NCBI RefSeq assembly: GCF_037577855.1
Contig: NZ_JBAKFX010000018.1
Location: 32,211-64,210 of the forward strand
Origin: Dethiothermospora halolimnae
GTDB taxonomy: Bacteria; Bacillota; Clostridia; Tissierellales; VENL01
DNA: 32,000 bases
Direction: 5' to 3'
In this document: positions 17,767-27,003 of the stretch, piece after piece
Layout of the letters: the number at the start of each line of letters is the position of its first letter
Numbering within the stretch: position 1 is the stretch's first letter
Translations under genes and position numbers: made by a program
Notes under the pieces: model-generated
What the model was told of the DNA's origin: nothing
Databases searched by the model: none
The model's input: the letters and a program-made list of their open reading frames with translations, nothing else

Positions 17767-19134
17767 ATGCCAGGTGGTACATTTAATCCATTAGTAGGTA
17801 AAGTAAGACCAGGAATGTATATGAACTTTGAAGCTGTTACTCAAGATAGAATCAAGTCTCAAGAGAGGGGTACTGTTTTAATGCCACTACCCAATGCTAA
17901 ATGGGGACCAGCAAAAGAGTTTATAACCATAACAGACCCATCGGAAACATATGATTTACTAGGATATGATATAAATGATAAAGAAATGTTATTAATTAAA
18001 GAAGCATTTAAAAACTGTAAGAAGGTTATAGCTTATGTATTAGCAGAAGGAGAAAAGGCTAAAGCTAGGGTAGGAGATTTAGAGATTACAGCTAAACATG
18101 GTGGAGTAAGAGGTAATGATATAAAAATAGTCATAGCTAAAGACTCTAATGATAGTAAAAACGTTATAACATATTTAGGAGATAATATAGTAGATGAACA
18201 AAATGTTAATGGCATATCAGATCTAAAGGATAATAGATTTGTAGAATTTACTAAAGGAGAAGTTTTGCCAGCTAAAAATTCAGTAGAAAAAACTCTAATG
18301 GCTCCAGCAGAGGAGCTTGTGGAAACAGCGGGTACATCCCTTAAAGGGGGAAGTAATGGTGTTTATTCAAACATTGATATTACTGAATTTTTAAGTGAAA
18401 GTGAAACCCAATTCTTTGATTGTATAGCTTTTCCTATAGAAGATCCTTCGTATCAGTCAAGTTTTAAAACAAAATTAGAGTATTTTAGAGATGAAATAGG
18501 GAAAAAAGTTATGGGTGTTACTTCTAACTATGATGGAGACTTAGAGGGACTTATAAATGTTGTAAATGGAGTAGTTTTAAATGATGGAACTAAACTTTCT
18601 GCAAGAGAAGCCGTTGCATGGGTAGCAGGAGCAACATCAGGAGCCAACATAAATGAATCCTTAACCCATAAGGTATATCAAGATGCGGTGGATGTTAATC
18701 CAAGATTAAAACATGACCAAATAGTTGAAGGGCTACAAAAAGGTTATTTTATATTCACAAATACTGGAGATAAAGTGATTGTAGAGCAGGACAGAAATAG
18801 TTTAACTACATTAAGTGCTAAAAAGACTAAAAAGTGGACTAAGAATAGACCCCTTAGGGTTATGGATGCAATAAACAATGACTTATTAAAAAGTTTCAAT
18901 GGTACCTATGCAGGTAAATTGGATAATAATGATGATGGACATAGTATAGCTAAAGCTTTAATAACAAAATATTTAACAGCATTACAAGATGTTAATGCTA
19001 TTAGAAACTTAAATAAAGAGAATGATGTTATTATTGATAAAGAATTATCGGTAGGAGATGAGTTATATGCAGATATAGCTGTTCAACCTATGGATGCAGC
19101 AGAAAAATTCTATTTCACAGTGAAAGTTCGATAG
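17767..19134 (+). CDS. Contractile tail sheath protein (XkdK-like)
   Basis: The N-terminus MPGGTFNPLVGKVRPGMYMNF is typical of PBSX/SPbeta-type sheath proteins. Length 455 aa, followed by the tube gene. Confidence 0.85.
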   Translation: MPGGTFNPLVGKVRPGMYMNFEAVTQDRIKSQERGTVLMPLPNAKWGPAKEFITITDPSETYDLLGYDINDKEMLLIKEAFKNCKKVIAYVLAEGEKAKARVGDLEITAKHGGVRGNDIKIVIAKDSNDSKNVITYLGDNIVDEQNVNGISDLKDNRFVEFTKGEVLPAKNSVEKTLMAPAEELVETAGTSLKGGSNGVYSNIDITEFLSESETQFFDCIAFPIEDPSYQSSFKTKLEYFRDEIGKKVMGVTSNYDGDLEGLINVVNGVVLNDGTKLSAREAVAWVAGATSGANINESLTHKVYQDAVDVNPRLKHDQIVEGLQKGYFIFTNTGDKVIVEQDRNSLTTLSAKKTKKWTKNRPLRVMDAINNDLLKSFNGTYAGKLDNNDDGHSIAKALITKYLTALQDVNAIRNLNKENDVIIDKELSVGDELYADIAVQPMDAAEKFYFTVKVR

Positions 19135-19146
19135 GAGGTATAAATA

Positions 19147-19584
19147 ATGGGAATTTATTCAGGTAGACATACAATATCAGCAAGGGAAGGTAGAGCTTTT
19201 TCAGACGGTGAAGAAATCTTAAATATGATAAAATTTGAGATTAAAGCTGAAAAAATTAAGGTGGAATTACCTATAGTAGGTAGAAGAACTAAAAGTAACA
19301 AAACAGTTGGAATAAAATATACAGGAACAATAACACAGTATAAGAAAAGTAGTGCTTTTGCTAAGATGATTCAAGAGTTTAAAGAAACAGGAAAAGATGT
19401 ATATTTCGATATGCAAGGGGTATTAGAAGACCCATCAAGTGAACTAGGAGCAGAGCGTATAGTGGCTATAGGTTGTAATATAGATAGTGCAACTTTAATA
19501 AACATAGACATTGAAAGTGATGATGTTGTTAAGGAAGAAATACCTTTTACAATTGAAGATGTAGAGATACAACAGGCTATTTAA
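19147..19584 (+). CDS. Tail tube protein (XkdM-like)
   Basis: 145 aa directly after the sheath gene. The size and the sequence pattern (..REGRAFSDGEEILNMIKFEIKAEK..TGTITQYK..) fit the XkdM/DUF2001 tube family. Confidence 0.75.
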   Translation: MGIYSGRHTISAREGRAFSDGEEILNMIKFEIKAEKIKVELPIVGRRTKSNKTVGIKYTGTITQYKKSSAFAKMIQEFKETGKDVYFDMQGVLEDPSSELGAERIVAIGCNIDSATLINIDIESDDVVKEEIPFTIEDVEIQQAI

Positions 19585-19590
19585 GTGATA

Positions 19591-19625
19591 GTTGAGAATG
19601 GAGAATTGAGAGTGGAAAGTAAGTG
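19591..19625. repeat. Second copy of the gagaattgagagtgga repeat motif
   Basis: The 16-mer gagaattgagagtgga at 19601-19616 is identical to 3249-3264, with similar flanks (ttga.aat.gagaattgagagtgga.agt.aag). Both copies start within about 10 nt of a stop codon. Confidence 0.5.
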
Positions 19626-19626
19626 G

Positions 19627-19657
19627 GAGAAGTGGTTTATACCACTTTTCTTCATTT
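19627..19657 (+). terminator. Terminator-like hairpin after the tube gene (possible attenuator)
   Basis: Stem gagaagtggt / accacttttc (one mismatch), loop ttat, followed by ttcattt. A second strong hairpin gctgggggatt-cgt-aatcccccagc at 19730-19754 has no U-tract. Confidence 0.45.
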
Positions 19658-19795
19658 ATAAACTTAAACCCAATAAAATTTTAGTTTTTTCGGATTGATA
19701 ATCTCCATCTAATTTAAATAATTATTAGTTGCTGGGGGATTCGTAATCCCCCAGCTAATTTAAATTAAAAATGAAATTAAAAGAGGAGGATTAAA

Positions 19796-20233
19796 ATGAC
19801 AAATAAAAATACTAGAGATTTAAGTTTCTTTATGAAAGGTAAAGCAAATGAAGCGATGACCAGGGAAGTAATTATATCAAAAAGATATACTGATGAAAAT
19901 GGAAATCCTATTCCAGTTTTATTAAAACCAACTACAACAGAAAAGGTTGAAAGATTCCAGAAGGAATGTACCGTAATAAAAGGTAAGGGAAATGGTGCTA
20001 AAGAGGTCGTTGACAATATAAGATTTGCAGGAAAATTAGCAATAGAATGTTGTGTATATCCTGATTTTAAAGATAAAGAGCTTCTTAAGTCCTACGAATG
20101 TGTAGATCCAATTGATTTGATTAAAAAGATATTTAGCCTACCAGGGGAATATGCAGAGTTAATGAATCAAGTTCTTAGTATAAATGGATTTGATGAAGAC
20201 TATGAAAAGCTAGTAGAAGATGCAAAAAACTAA
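19796..20233 (+). CDS. Tail assembly chaperone (XkdN-like, gpG analogue)
   Basis: 145 aa between the tube and tape measure genes. It ends at a slippery heptamer. Confidence 0.7.
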   Translation: MTNKNTRDLSFFMKGKANEAMTREVIISKRYTDENGNPIPVLLKPTTTEKVERFQKECTVIKGKGNGAKEVVDNIRFAGKLAIECCVYPDFKDKELLKSYECVDPIDLIKKIFSLPGEYAELMNQVLSINGFDEDYEKLVEDAKN

Positions 20234-20394
20234 TTAAAAGCGGTGATTATATGGCTGTATATAGTCATCGTTTATTTCAGAGGCATCATATACTACCCCA
20301 AGATTTTTATGAAATGGATGATTGTAAAAAAGCTTTCATTATAGCCTCCGAGCAAATACAAATTGAAGAAGAGAAAAAATTAGATAGGAGGTGA
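19796..20394 (+). CDS. Frameshift-extended chaperone (gpGT analogue)
   Basis: The -1 frame downstream of 20230 (LIKSGDYMAVYSHRLFQRHHILPQDFYEMDDCKKAFIIASEQIQIEEEKKLDRR) ends 3 nt before the tape measure ATG. This is the conserved G/GT arrangement of long-tailed phages. Confidence 0.55.
20224..20230 (+). promoter_or_regulatory. Programmed -1 ribosomal frameshift site A_AAA_AAC
   Basis: Zero-frame codons are gcA AAA AAC TAA. After a -1 slip the next codon is CTA at 20230, and the frame is open to TGA 20392-20394. Confidence 0.65.
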
Positions 20395-20397
20395 CCT

Positions 20398-22812
20398 ATG
20401 GCAAGTTTAGCAAAGGTATTTAATATAAACGAAAGAATATCAGGCAACTTAGCAAAAACCACAGAGGTAATTTCAAAATTTCAAGGTAATTTAAAGAAGA
20501 TGGCCCAAGTTGGGGAGACCTCGGCAAACAAAGTTAATAAAAAAATAAAAAAGTTATCAACCGATAGTAGTAAGAGTTTTAATGAGTTAGAAAAAGCTGC
20601 AATAACTATAAAAAATCCTATAGAAGAAGTATTAAACAATAAAATAAATATAGAAGCCTTGGTTAAAACAGAAAACCTAGAAAAAATAAAGGATATAACG
20701 AAGGAAGTAACGGGAATAGACTTAGGAGAAATAAAGTTTAGTAAAGAGGGATTAACAAAGGTAATAGATCAAGTAAAAAATAGTAAGTTAAATATGAAGG
20801 CCTTAGTTGATACAAAGAACCTAGAGAAGATAAAAAATATAACAAAGGATGTAACAGGGATAGATTTAGGAGAAATAGAGGCAAGTAAGGAACAGATAAC
20901 AAAAACAATAGAGCAAATAAAAAATAGTAAAATAAATATGAAAGCCTTGGTTAAAACAGAGAACCTAGAAAAAATAAAGGATATAACGAAGGAAGTAACG
21001 GGAATAGACTTAGGAGAAATAAAGTTTAGTAAAAAGGGGTTAACAAAGGTAATAGACCAAGTAAAAAATAGCAAGTTAAATATGAAGGCCTTAGTTGATA
21101 CAAAGAACCTAGAGAAGATAAAAAATATAACGAAGAATGTAACAGGGATAGATCTAGGAGAAATAGAGGCAAGTAAGGAACAGATAACAAAAACAATAGA
21201 GCAGATAAAAAATAGCAAAATAAATATGAAAGCCCTGGTTAAAACAGAGAATCTAGAAAAAATAAAGGATATAACAAAGGAAGTAACGGGAATAGACTTA
21301 GGAGAAATAAAGTTTAGTAAAGAGAGATTAACAAAGGTAATAGATCAAGTAAAAAATAGTAAGTTAAATATGAAGGCATTAGTTGATACAGAGAACCTAG
21401 AGAAGATAAAAAATATAACAAAGGATGTAACAGGGATAGACTTAGGTGAAATAAAATTTAATAAAGAAGGACTAACTACCTTTATTAATCAAGTGAAAAA
21501 TTGCGAAATAAATATAGATGCTTTGGTAAATACAGAAAACTTAGGTAAGATGAATGATGTCTTAAAGGATGTAACAGGGATAGATTTAGGAGAAGTAGAG
21601 TTTAGCAAAGAAGGTTTAACCAACTTTATAGATCAAGTAAAAAATAGTAACTTTGATATAAAAGCTTTAGTAAATACAGAGAACTTAGGAAAAATCAATG
21701 ATGTTTTAAAGGATATGACAGGAATAGACTTAGGAGAGATAAAGTTTAATAAAGAAGGTATTAGTAGTTTTATGGAAAGTGTTAAAAATGCTAAGTTTGA
21801 CTTGGGAGCTTTAGTCAATACTGAAGGATTTAAAAATATAGCTGCTTCAGTAACAGAAATCTCTGGAATAGAACTTGGAAATATAAGTTCCTCTATAGAA
21901 GGATTGAAGGGATCTTTTTCAAATTTAGCTAGCCAAGGACTTGCTGGAGTCAAAGAAGGACTTGGAGGATTTCTTGATAAAATTGGATTAGCAAAAATAA
22001 AGACAGGGGCACTTATAGCTAAACAATACGCAATGGCAGGTATAACTAAGGCCGTAACAGTGGTTCAATGGCTGTGGAATGCAGCATTAAGTGCAAATCC
22101 CATAGGGTTGGTGATTATAGCAATCGCCGGTCTAATAGGGGGTCTAGTTCTTTTATATAAAAAGTGTACATTTGTAAGAAAGATAGTAGATGGATTCTGG
22201 AGTGGACTTAAAAGTGGTGCTGAGATGGCGGTAAACTTTGTTATAAAGATGATTAATAAGTTTATAGGATGCTTAAATAAAGGTATTAAGCTTATTAATA
22301 AAATTCCAGGAGTAGATATACCAGAGATTCCAGAAATTCCAGAGGTATCATTTACAGATAAAAATAAAGAAAATAAAGTAGAAAAGGGACAGGAAGCACC
22401 AGAGCTAGTTAAGGGAGTACAAATGGTTCCTGAAGGACCAAAAACTTTAGATGGTTCTGATATGAATTTTAATAATAATAAAATACCAACTGGAACAGAA
22501 ACATTACAAGAAAAAACCAGCTATACAAAGGATATAAATATAAACCACGATTTTAATAATATTCCCGATAGTAAGGGGAATATTGATTCTTCTAGTAACT
22601 TTAATAACATATCAAAAACAGAAACCAATGAAATAATATATGGCTCATCTAAACAAAGGGAAACTGTAAATAATGATAATAGAAATTATTCAGTGGTCTT
22701 TGGAGATAGGGTGATTGAAAAGAAAGCAAATGTGGATGAGATTTTAGATAGTATTAGAAAAGTATTAGAAGATGGTATGAATACAGGAGGTGAAGAGGTA
22801 TTTGAAATCTAA
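20398..22812 (+). CDS. Tail tape measure protein
   Basis: 804 aa in the canonical position after the chaperone pair. It has long helical repeats and a hydrophobic segment (ANPIGLVIIAIAGLIGGLVLLY). Confidence 0.8.
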   Translation: MASLAKVFNINERISGNLAKTTEVISKFQGNLKKMAQVGETSANKVNKKIKKLSTDSSKSFNELEKAAITIKNPIEEVLNNKINIEALVKTENLEKIKDITKEVTGIDLGEIKFSKEGLTKVIDQVKNSKLNMKALVDTKNLEKIKNITKDVTGIDLGEIEASKEQITKTIEQIKNSKINMKALVKTENLEKIKDITKEVTGIDLGEIKFSKKGLTKVIDQVKNSKLNMKALVDTKNLEKIKNITKNVTGIDLGEIEASKEQITKTIEQIKNSKINMKALVKTENLEKIKDITKEVTGIDLGEIKFSKERLTKVIDQVKNSKLNMKALVDTENLEKIKNITKDVTGIDLGEIKFNKEGLTTFINQVKNCEINIDALVNTENLGKMNDVLKDVTGIDLGEVEFSKEGLTNFIDQVKNSNFDIKALVNTENLGKINDVLKDMTGIDLGEIKFNKEGISSFMESVKNAKFDLGALVNTEGFKNIAASVTEISGIELGNISSSIEGLKGSFSNLASQGLAGVKEGLGGFLDKIGLAKIKTGALIAKQYAMAGITKAVTVVQWLWNAALSANPIGLVIIAIAGLIGGLVLLYKKCTFVRKIVDGFWSGLKSGAEMAVNFVIKMINKFIGCLNKGIKLINKIPGVDIPEIPEIPEVSFTDKNKENKVEKGQEAPELVKGVQMVPEGPKTLDGSDMNFNNNKIPTGTETLQEKTSYTKDININHDFNNIPDSKGNIDSSSNFNNISKTETNEIIYGSSKQRETVNNDNRNYSVVFGDRVIEKKANVDEILDSIRKVLEDGMNTGGEEVFEI
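20656..21951 (+). repeat. In-frame tandem repeat inside the tape measure gene: 9 x 144 nt (48 aa)
   Basis: Units ALV[KDN]T[EK]NLEKIK[DN]ITK[ED]VTGIDLGEI...VKNSK[LI]NMK. The first six alternate between two subtypes, giving three near-identical 288-nt super-repeats (20656, 20944, 21232). The last three units are diverged. Confidence 0.9.
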
Positions 22813-23452
22813 ATATCAATTTTGGCTTAGTTTTAATAATGGAGAACAAAGATTACAACTTCCGGTAAATCCTCCTAAAATAAAAATAGAAAATGGTATG
22901 AAAAATGAAACAATAGATGTATCTAATCTTGGAGAAATAACCGTTATTCAAAAGTCTACACCTAAAAAAATTTCAATAGAGAGTATTTTTCCAGCTAATG
23001 ATGGTCCCTACTGTGAGTATAAAGATATCCCAGAGCCCCAAGAAGCCGTTGACATAATAGAAAGTTGGCAAAATAGTGAAAAGCCCATAAGATTTTTAAT
23101 AACAAATACAAATATAAATTATCCTGTATCTATAGAAAAGTTTACCACCACAGAAAAGGCTGGGGATATTGGAACCATATCCTATAACTTAGAATTAAAA
23201 GAGTATAGATTTATAGAAGTAAAGGAAATGGAAGAAAAAAATGGGGAGATTAATATTGGTTCAAAGGAAGAAGAAAGAACCGATGAAAGAAGTATACCAA
23301 AACTTTATATAGTAAAGGCTGGAGATTGTCTTTATAAAATTGCAAAGTCCCAGTTAGGGGATGGATCAAGATATGGTGAAATAGCCAAATTAAATAATAT
23401 AAAGCCAGACTATACTATATACCCTAATCAAAAGTTAAAGCTTCCCAATTAA
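22790..23452 (+). CDS. LysM-domain tail protein (XkdP-like)
   Basis: C-terminal LysM motif YIVKAGDCLYKIAKSQLGDGSRYGEIAKLNNIKPDYTIYPNQKLKLP. The GTG start overlaps the tape measure end; TTG 22802 is an alternative. Confidence 0.75.
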   Translation: MKRYLKSKYQFWLSFNNGEQRLQLPVNPPKIKIENGMKNETIDVSNLGEITVIQKSTPKKISIESIFPANDGPYCEYKDIPEPQEAVDIIESWQNSEKPIRFLITNTNINYPVSIEKFTTTEKAGDIGTISYNLELKEYRFIEVKEMEEKNGEINIGSKEEERTDERSIPKLYIVKAGDCLYKIAKSQLGDGSRYGEIAKLNNIKPDYTIYPNQKLKLPN

Positions 23453-23455
23453 GAG

Positions 23456-24436
23456 GTGAGGAGTTTGTTACAGCTAATACTAGTTAAAAAGGATAAATCA
23501 GTGGATATTTCAAAGTTAGTAGAAAAGATAACTTGGAAAGGTAAAAAGCTAAGGGCTCCACGAAGTGTTGAAGTATCCTTTGTGGATACAGATAAGGGAT
23601 ATCATAAGAACGTAGGCATAAAAGAAGGGGACGGTTTAGTTTTTATTTGGAAAGAGAATGAATTGTTTAGAGGAAATGTATTTAGTATAAGTAGAGGCAA
23701 AAGCGCTAAATCAAAGATGGTTGCCCATGACAATCTCTTTTATTTAGTAAATAATAAGGACTCTTATGTTTTCACAGAGCAGTCCCTAGATAAAATAGTC
23801 AGCAGAATATGTAGTGATTTTCAAATACCAACAGGTGAATTGACATCATCAGACTATATTATCCCCTATCAAGTTAGTGATTCTAAAGTGTTATATGACA
23901 TAATACTAAAAGCTATGGACACCACATATAACCAGACTGGTAAAAGATATTATCTAAGGGCTAAAGAGGGGAAAATAGATTTATTACTAAGAAAAGAAAA
24001 TGTAAGAAAATGGATTTTAGAAGATGGTAAAAATTTAATAAATTATAACCATAACTCTTCTATAGAAAATACAATAACTAAGGTAAAAATGACAACAGGA
24101 GAAGGGGACGAAACTATAATAAAAACAGCAGAAGATGGAAGTCTGGTAGAGCAATTTGGAGTTTTACAATATTATAAAAAAGTAAATGACAAAATAAATG
24201 AAGGACAGCTACAAGAAAGGGTGGATAAAGCCTTAAAAGAAAAGGGAAAAGTCGAAAAACAAATATCCATTGAAGCTATAGGCATAGAAGATATAATAAG
24301 TGGATGTGGAGTAAATCTAGCTATACCAGAGCTTGAGATAGAAAAGGGATATTATGTAGATGAAGATACCCATACCTTTAAAGGAAATAAACATACAATG
24401 AAGCTTAAACTTACTGAAACCATGGAATTGGGGTGA
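23456..24436 (+). CDS. Baseplate hub-region protein (XkdQ-like)
   Basis: 326 aa. Its size and position match XkdQ in the PBSX order P-Q-R-S-T-U. Confidence 0.55.
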   Translation: MRSLLQLILVKKDKSVDISKLVEKITWKGKKLRAPRSVEVSFVDTDKGYHKNVGIKEGDGLVFIWKENELFRGNVFSISRGKSAKSKMVAHDNLFYLVNNKDSYVFTEQSLDKIVSRICSDFQIPTGELTSSDYIIPYQVSDSKVLYDIILKAMDTTYNQTGKRYYLRAKEGKIDLLLRKENVRKWILEDGKNLINYNHNSSIENTITKVKMTTGEGDETIIKTAEDGSLVEQFGVLQYYKKVNDKINEGQLQERVDKALKEKGKVEKQISIEAIGIEDIISGCGVNLAIPELEIEKGYYVDEDTHTFKGNKHTMKLKLTETMELG

Positions 24437-24440
24437 TAGT

Positions 24441-24911
24441 ATGATAGATATTATAAAAAAAGTATCAAGTCAAGTGGCAAAAACTTCTGGCATAAATATA
24501 ATGGAAGCCATAATAACAAAGGAACCACCGGAAATTGAAATAAAGATTAAAAATAACGATAAGCTAATAATCCCTAAGGACCTTATTATAGTATCGGAAC
24601 ATTTACTAGAACATACTAGAATAGCTACTATAAAAATGGTGGAGCATATAGATTCTGAAACTGATGAACAGTTAACATCGCCTATTAGTGGTACAAGTAA
24701 AACATGTCAAGGAGCAATGCCTCCTATAAACTTTACCTTTCAAGGGACTGGTACTAGCTTAGACCTTACCCATAAACACATATTAGAAACCTTTACAATG
24801 GAAGATGGAGAGATAACCTTTAGATGCTGTTTAAAAGAAGGGGATAAGGTTATGGTTATAGCTTTTGAAGAGGGACAAAAGTATTATATCATGGATAAGG
24901 TGGTGAGTTAG
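24441..24911 (+). CDS. Baseplate/spike-region protein (XkdR position)
   Basis: 156 aa, 4 nt after the previous stop. The assignment is by synteny only. Confidence 0.4.
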   Translation: MIDIIKKVSSQVAKTSGINIMEAIITKEPPEIEIKIKNNDKLIIPKDLIIVSEHLLEHTRIATIKMVEHIDSETDEQLTSPISGTSKTCQGAMPPINFTFQGTGTSLDLTHKHILETFTMEDGEITFRCCLKEGDKVMVIAFEEGQKYYIMDKVVS

Positions 24912-25313
24912 ATGCCCCTTACACCAAATATAAAGATTCCTAAGATAGTAAAATCCACAGTAGGTCCATCTAAAACCTATAGACTTGACACAAAAGCTAA
25001 GCGGATAGTAGGAAAGATTGATGAATTAGAAGCTATAAAGCAGTTTGTTATGAAGGCAATAAGAACCGTAAGATACTCAAACTTAATATATAGTCATAAG
25101 TTTGGATGCCAAATAAAAAACTTGCTGGGAAAGGGACTAACAGAAGAATATATCAAATCAGAAGTGCCTCGGTTAATAGCTGAGGCATTAATTTATGATG
25201 AAAGAATTATAAAGGTCCATAGCTTTGATATAGAGGTTAAAGAGGATAAAATGTTTGTTGAGTTTATAGTAGATAGCACTGAAGGAGAGTTAAATATAAG
25301 GGAGGTGATATGA
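24912..25313 (+). CDS. Baseplate wedge protein, gp25/W-like (XkdS-like)
   Basis: 133 aa, start abutting the previous stop, directly upstream of the baseplate J gene. N-terminal pattern PSKTYRLD..RI.G.IDELEAIKQ.V.K is as in DUF2634/XkdS proteins. Confidence 0.55.
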   Translation: MPLTPNIKIPKIVKSTVGPSKTYRLDTKAKRIVGKIDELEAIKQFVMKAIRTVRYSNLIYSHKFGCQIKNLLGKGLTEEYIKSEVPRLIAEALIYDERIIKVHSFDIEVKEDKMFVEFIVDSTEGELNIREVI

Positions 25314-26354
25314 TTGTTTGAAGATAGGACATATGAAAATATCTTAAATGAAATGCTTAATGAAGTTCCCCATGACTTAGATAAAAGAGAAGGTTCTATT
25401 ATATACGATGCATTGGCACCTGCCGCATTAAAAATGGCCCAAGTGTATGTGGATTTAAAAAGTGTTTTGGCCTTAGGATTTGCAGATACATCCAATGGAC
25501 AATGGCTTGATATGAGGGTAAATGAAAGGGGACTTAAAAGAAAGGAAGCAATAAAAACAATAAGGGAAGCTAAGTTTAAACCAGATATAGTTAAGGAAGG
25601 TACAAGATTTTTTATAGATGGTTTATATTTTAAGTTAAGCAAAGATGGAAATGTAGAGTGTGAGATATCAGGGGAGATAGGAAATGAACCTTTAGATGGT
25701 AGCAGTTTAGTTCCTGTAAATACCATACCTAACCTTGAAGAAGCAAAATTAGGTAAGATAATAAAATATGGTAGAGATAAAGAGAGTGATGAAGAACTAC
25801 TTGATAGGTATATAGAGGATTTACAAAGACCTGCGGAAAATGGAAATAAAGCCCACTATGAAAAGTGGGCAACAGAAGTAAATGGGGTAGGAGATGCAAA
25901 GGTTTTTCCACGGGAATATGGGCCAAATACTGTAAAAGTAGTTATAATAGATTCTTCTGGAAAACCTGCTTCCCAGGAATTAGTTAAAAAGGTTCAAAAC
26001 TATATTGATCCAGAAAGTTCAGGACTAGGGGAAGGAGTGGCTAACTTAGGAGCTAAATGCACTGTTAAAAGTGCAACTAAGAAGATAATTAATATATCTG
26101 TAAAACTAGAGCTAGGGGAAAATAAGACTATAGAACAGGCAAAAAAAGAGATAGGCTCACTATTAAATGACTACTTAGTAGAAGAAATAGCCTTTAAACA
26201 AAATACAGTTAGAATAACTAATATAGGGAATATAATACTATCAGCTAAAAGTGTAATAGATTATTCGGATCTTAAGTTAAATGGAGAAACTAAAAACATT
26301 GAATTAAAAGATGAAGAAGTACCGATATTGGGAGAGGTGAGCTTCAATGAATAA
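25314..26354 (+). CDS. Baseplate J-like protein (XkdT-like)
   Basis: 346 aa. The N-terminus FEDRTYENILNEMLNEVP..DKREGSIIYDALAPAALKMAQ is characteristic of baseplate J/gp47-family proteins. TTG start. Confidence 0.75.
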   Translation: MFEDRTYENILNEMLNEVPHDLDKREGSIIYDALAPAALKMAQVYVDLKSVLALGFADTSNGQWLDMRVNERGLKRKEAIKTIREAKFKPDIVKEGTRFFIDGLYFKLSKDGNVECEISGEIGNEPLDGSSLVPVNTIPNLEEAKLGKIIKYGRDKESDEELLDRYIEDLQRPAENGNKAHYEKWATEVNGVGDAKVFPREYGPNTVKVVIIDSSGKPASQELVKKVQNYIDPESSGLGEGVANLGAKCTVKSATKKIINISVKLELGENKTIEQAKKEIGSLLNDYLVEEIAFKQNTVRITNIGNIILSAKSVIDYSDLKLNGETKNIELKDEEVPILGEVSFNE

Positions 26355-27003
26355 TAAAAAAGAGTTAAAAAGCTATCTACCCCATATTTATGAAGATGTT
26401 TATGAAATGAATAGCATTATAGAAGTAGAGGGAAGTCAATTTGACAAAATAGATAAAGAAATTGGAAGAGTATTAGAACAGTTTTTTGTTGATAAGACTA
26501 CCTACGAAATTGAGCATTGGGAAAATATATATGGACTAACCCCAGACCCATCTAAAACCATAGAACAGAGAAGAAGTGCTATAAAGTCTAGAATAAGGGG
26601 TAGGGGAAAACTAAATAAACAATTAATAAAAAATGTAGTTGATGCATATACCGATGGTCAAGTAGATGTCTTACTTAGAAGGGACCTACTGATTATAAGA
26701 TTTAATAGTATATATGGAATCCCAGAAACCCTTGATATAGTCAAAAGAGAACTTGATAACATAAAGCCGGCCCATTTAGGAATAGAATATAGATTTGCAT
26801 ATCTACTTATAAAAGATGTTCATAAAAAAATGACCCTAGAGGAAATAGAAAATGTTACATTGGATAAATTTGCAGGTAAAAGTGGTATCAATAGTCAACT
26901 TGATTATTTAACAATAGGGGCTATTCATAATGTAATGACCCTGGAACAAATTGAGAAGTTAACTTTGTACGAGATTACCGGAGGTGAAATATATGGCAAG
27001 TAG
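26347..27003 (+). CDS. Baseplate/tail protein XkdU-like (DUF2313/YmfQ-like)
   Basis: 218 aa, overlapping the baseplate J stop by 8 nt. The N-terminal LPHIYEDVYEMNSIIEVEGSQFDKI pattern is typical of this family. Confidence 0.6.
   Translation: MNNKKELKSYLPHIYEDVYEMNSIIEVEGSQFDKIDKEIGRVLEQFFVDKTTYEIEHWENIYGLTPDPSKTIEQRRSAIKSRIRGRGKLNKQLIKNVVDAYTDGQVDVLLRRDLLIIRFNSIYGIPETLDIVKRELDNIKPAHLGIEYRFAYLLIKDVHKKMTLEEIENVTLDKFAGKSGINSQLDYLTIGAIHNVMTLEQIEKLTLYEITGGEIYGK

Noticed and set aside
20656-21951. Regular 144/288-nt repeats that could be mistaken for a CRISPR-like or satellite array.
   Set aside because: The repeats are contiguous, with no unique spacers. They are in frame within one long ORF at the tape measure position and encode a coherent 48-aa helical unit.
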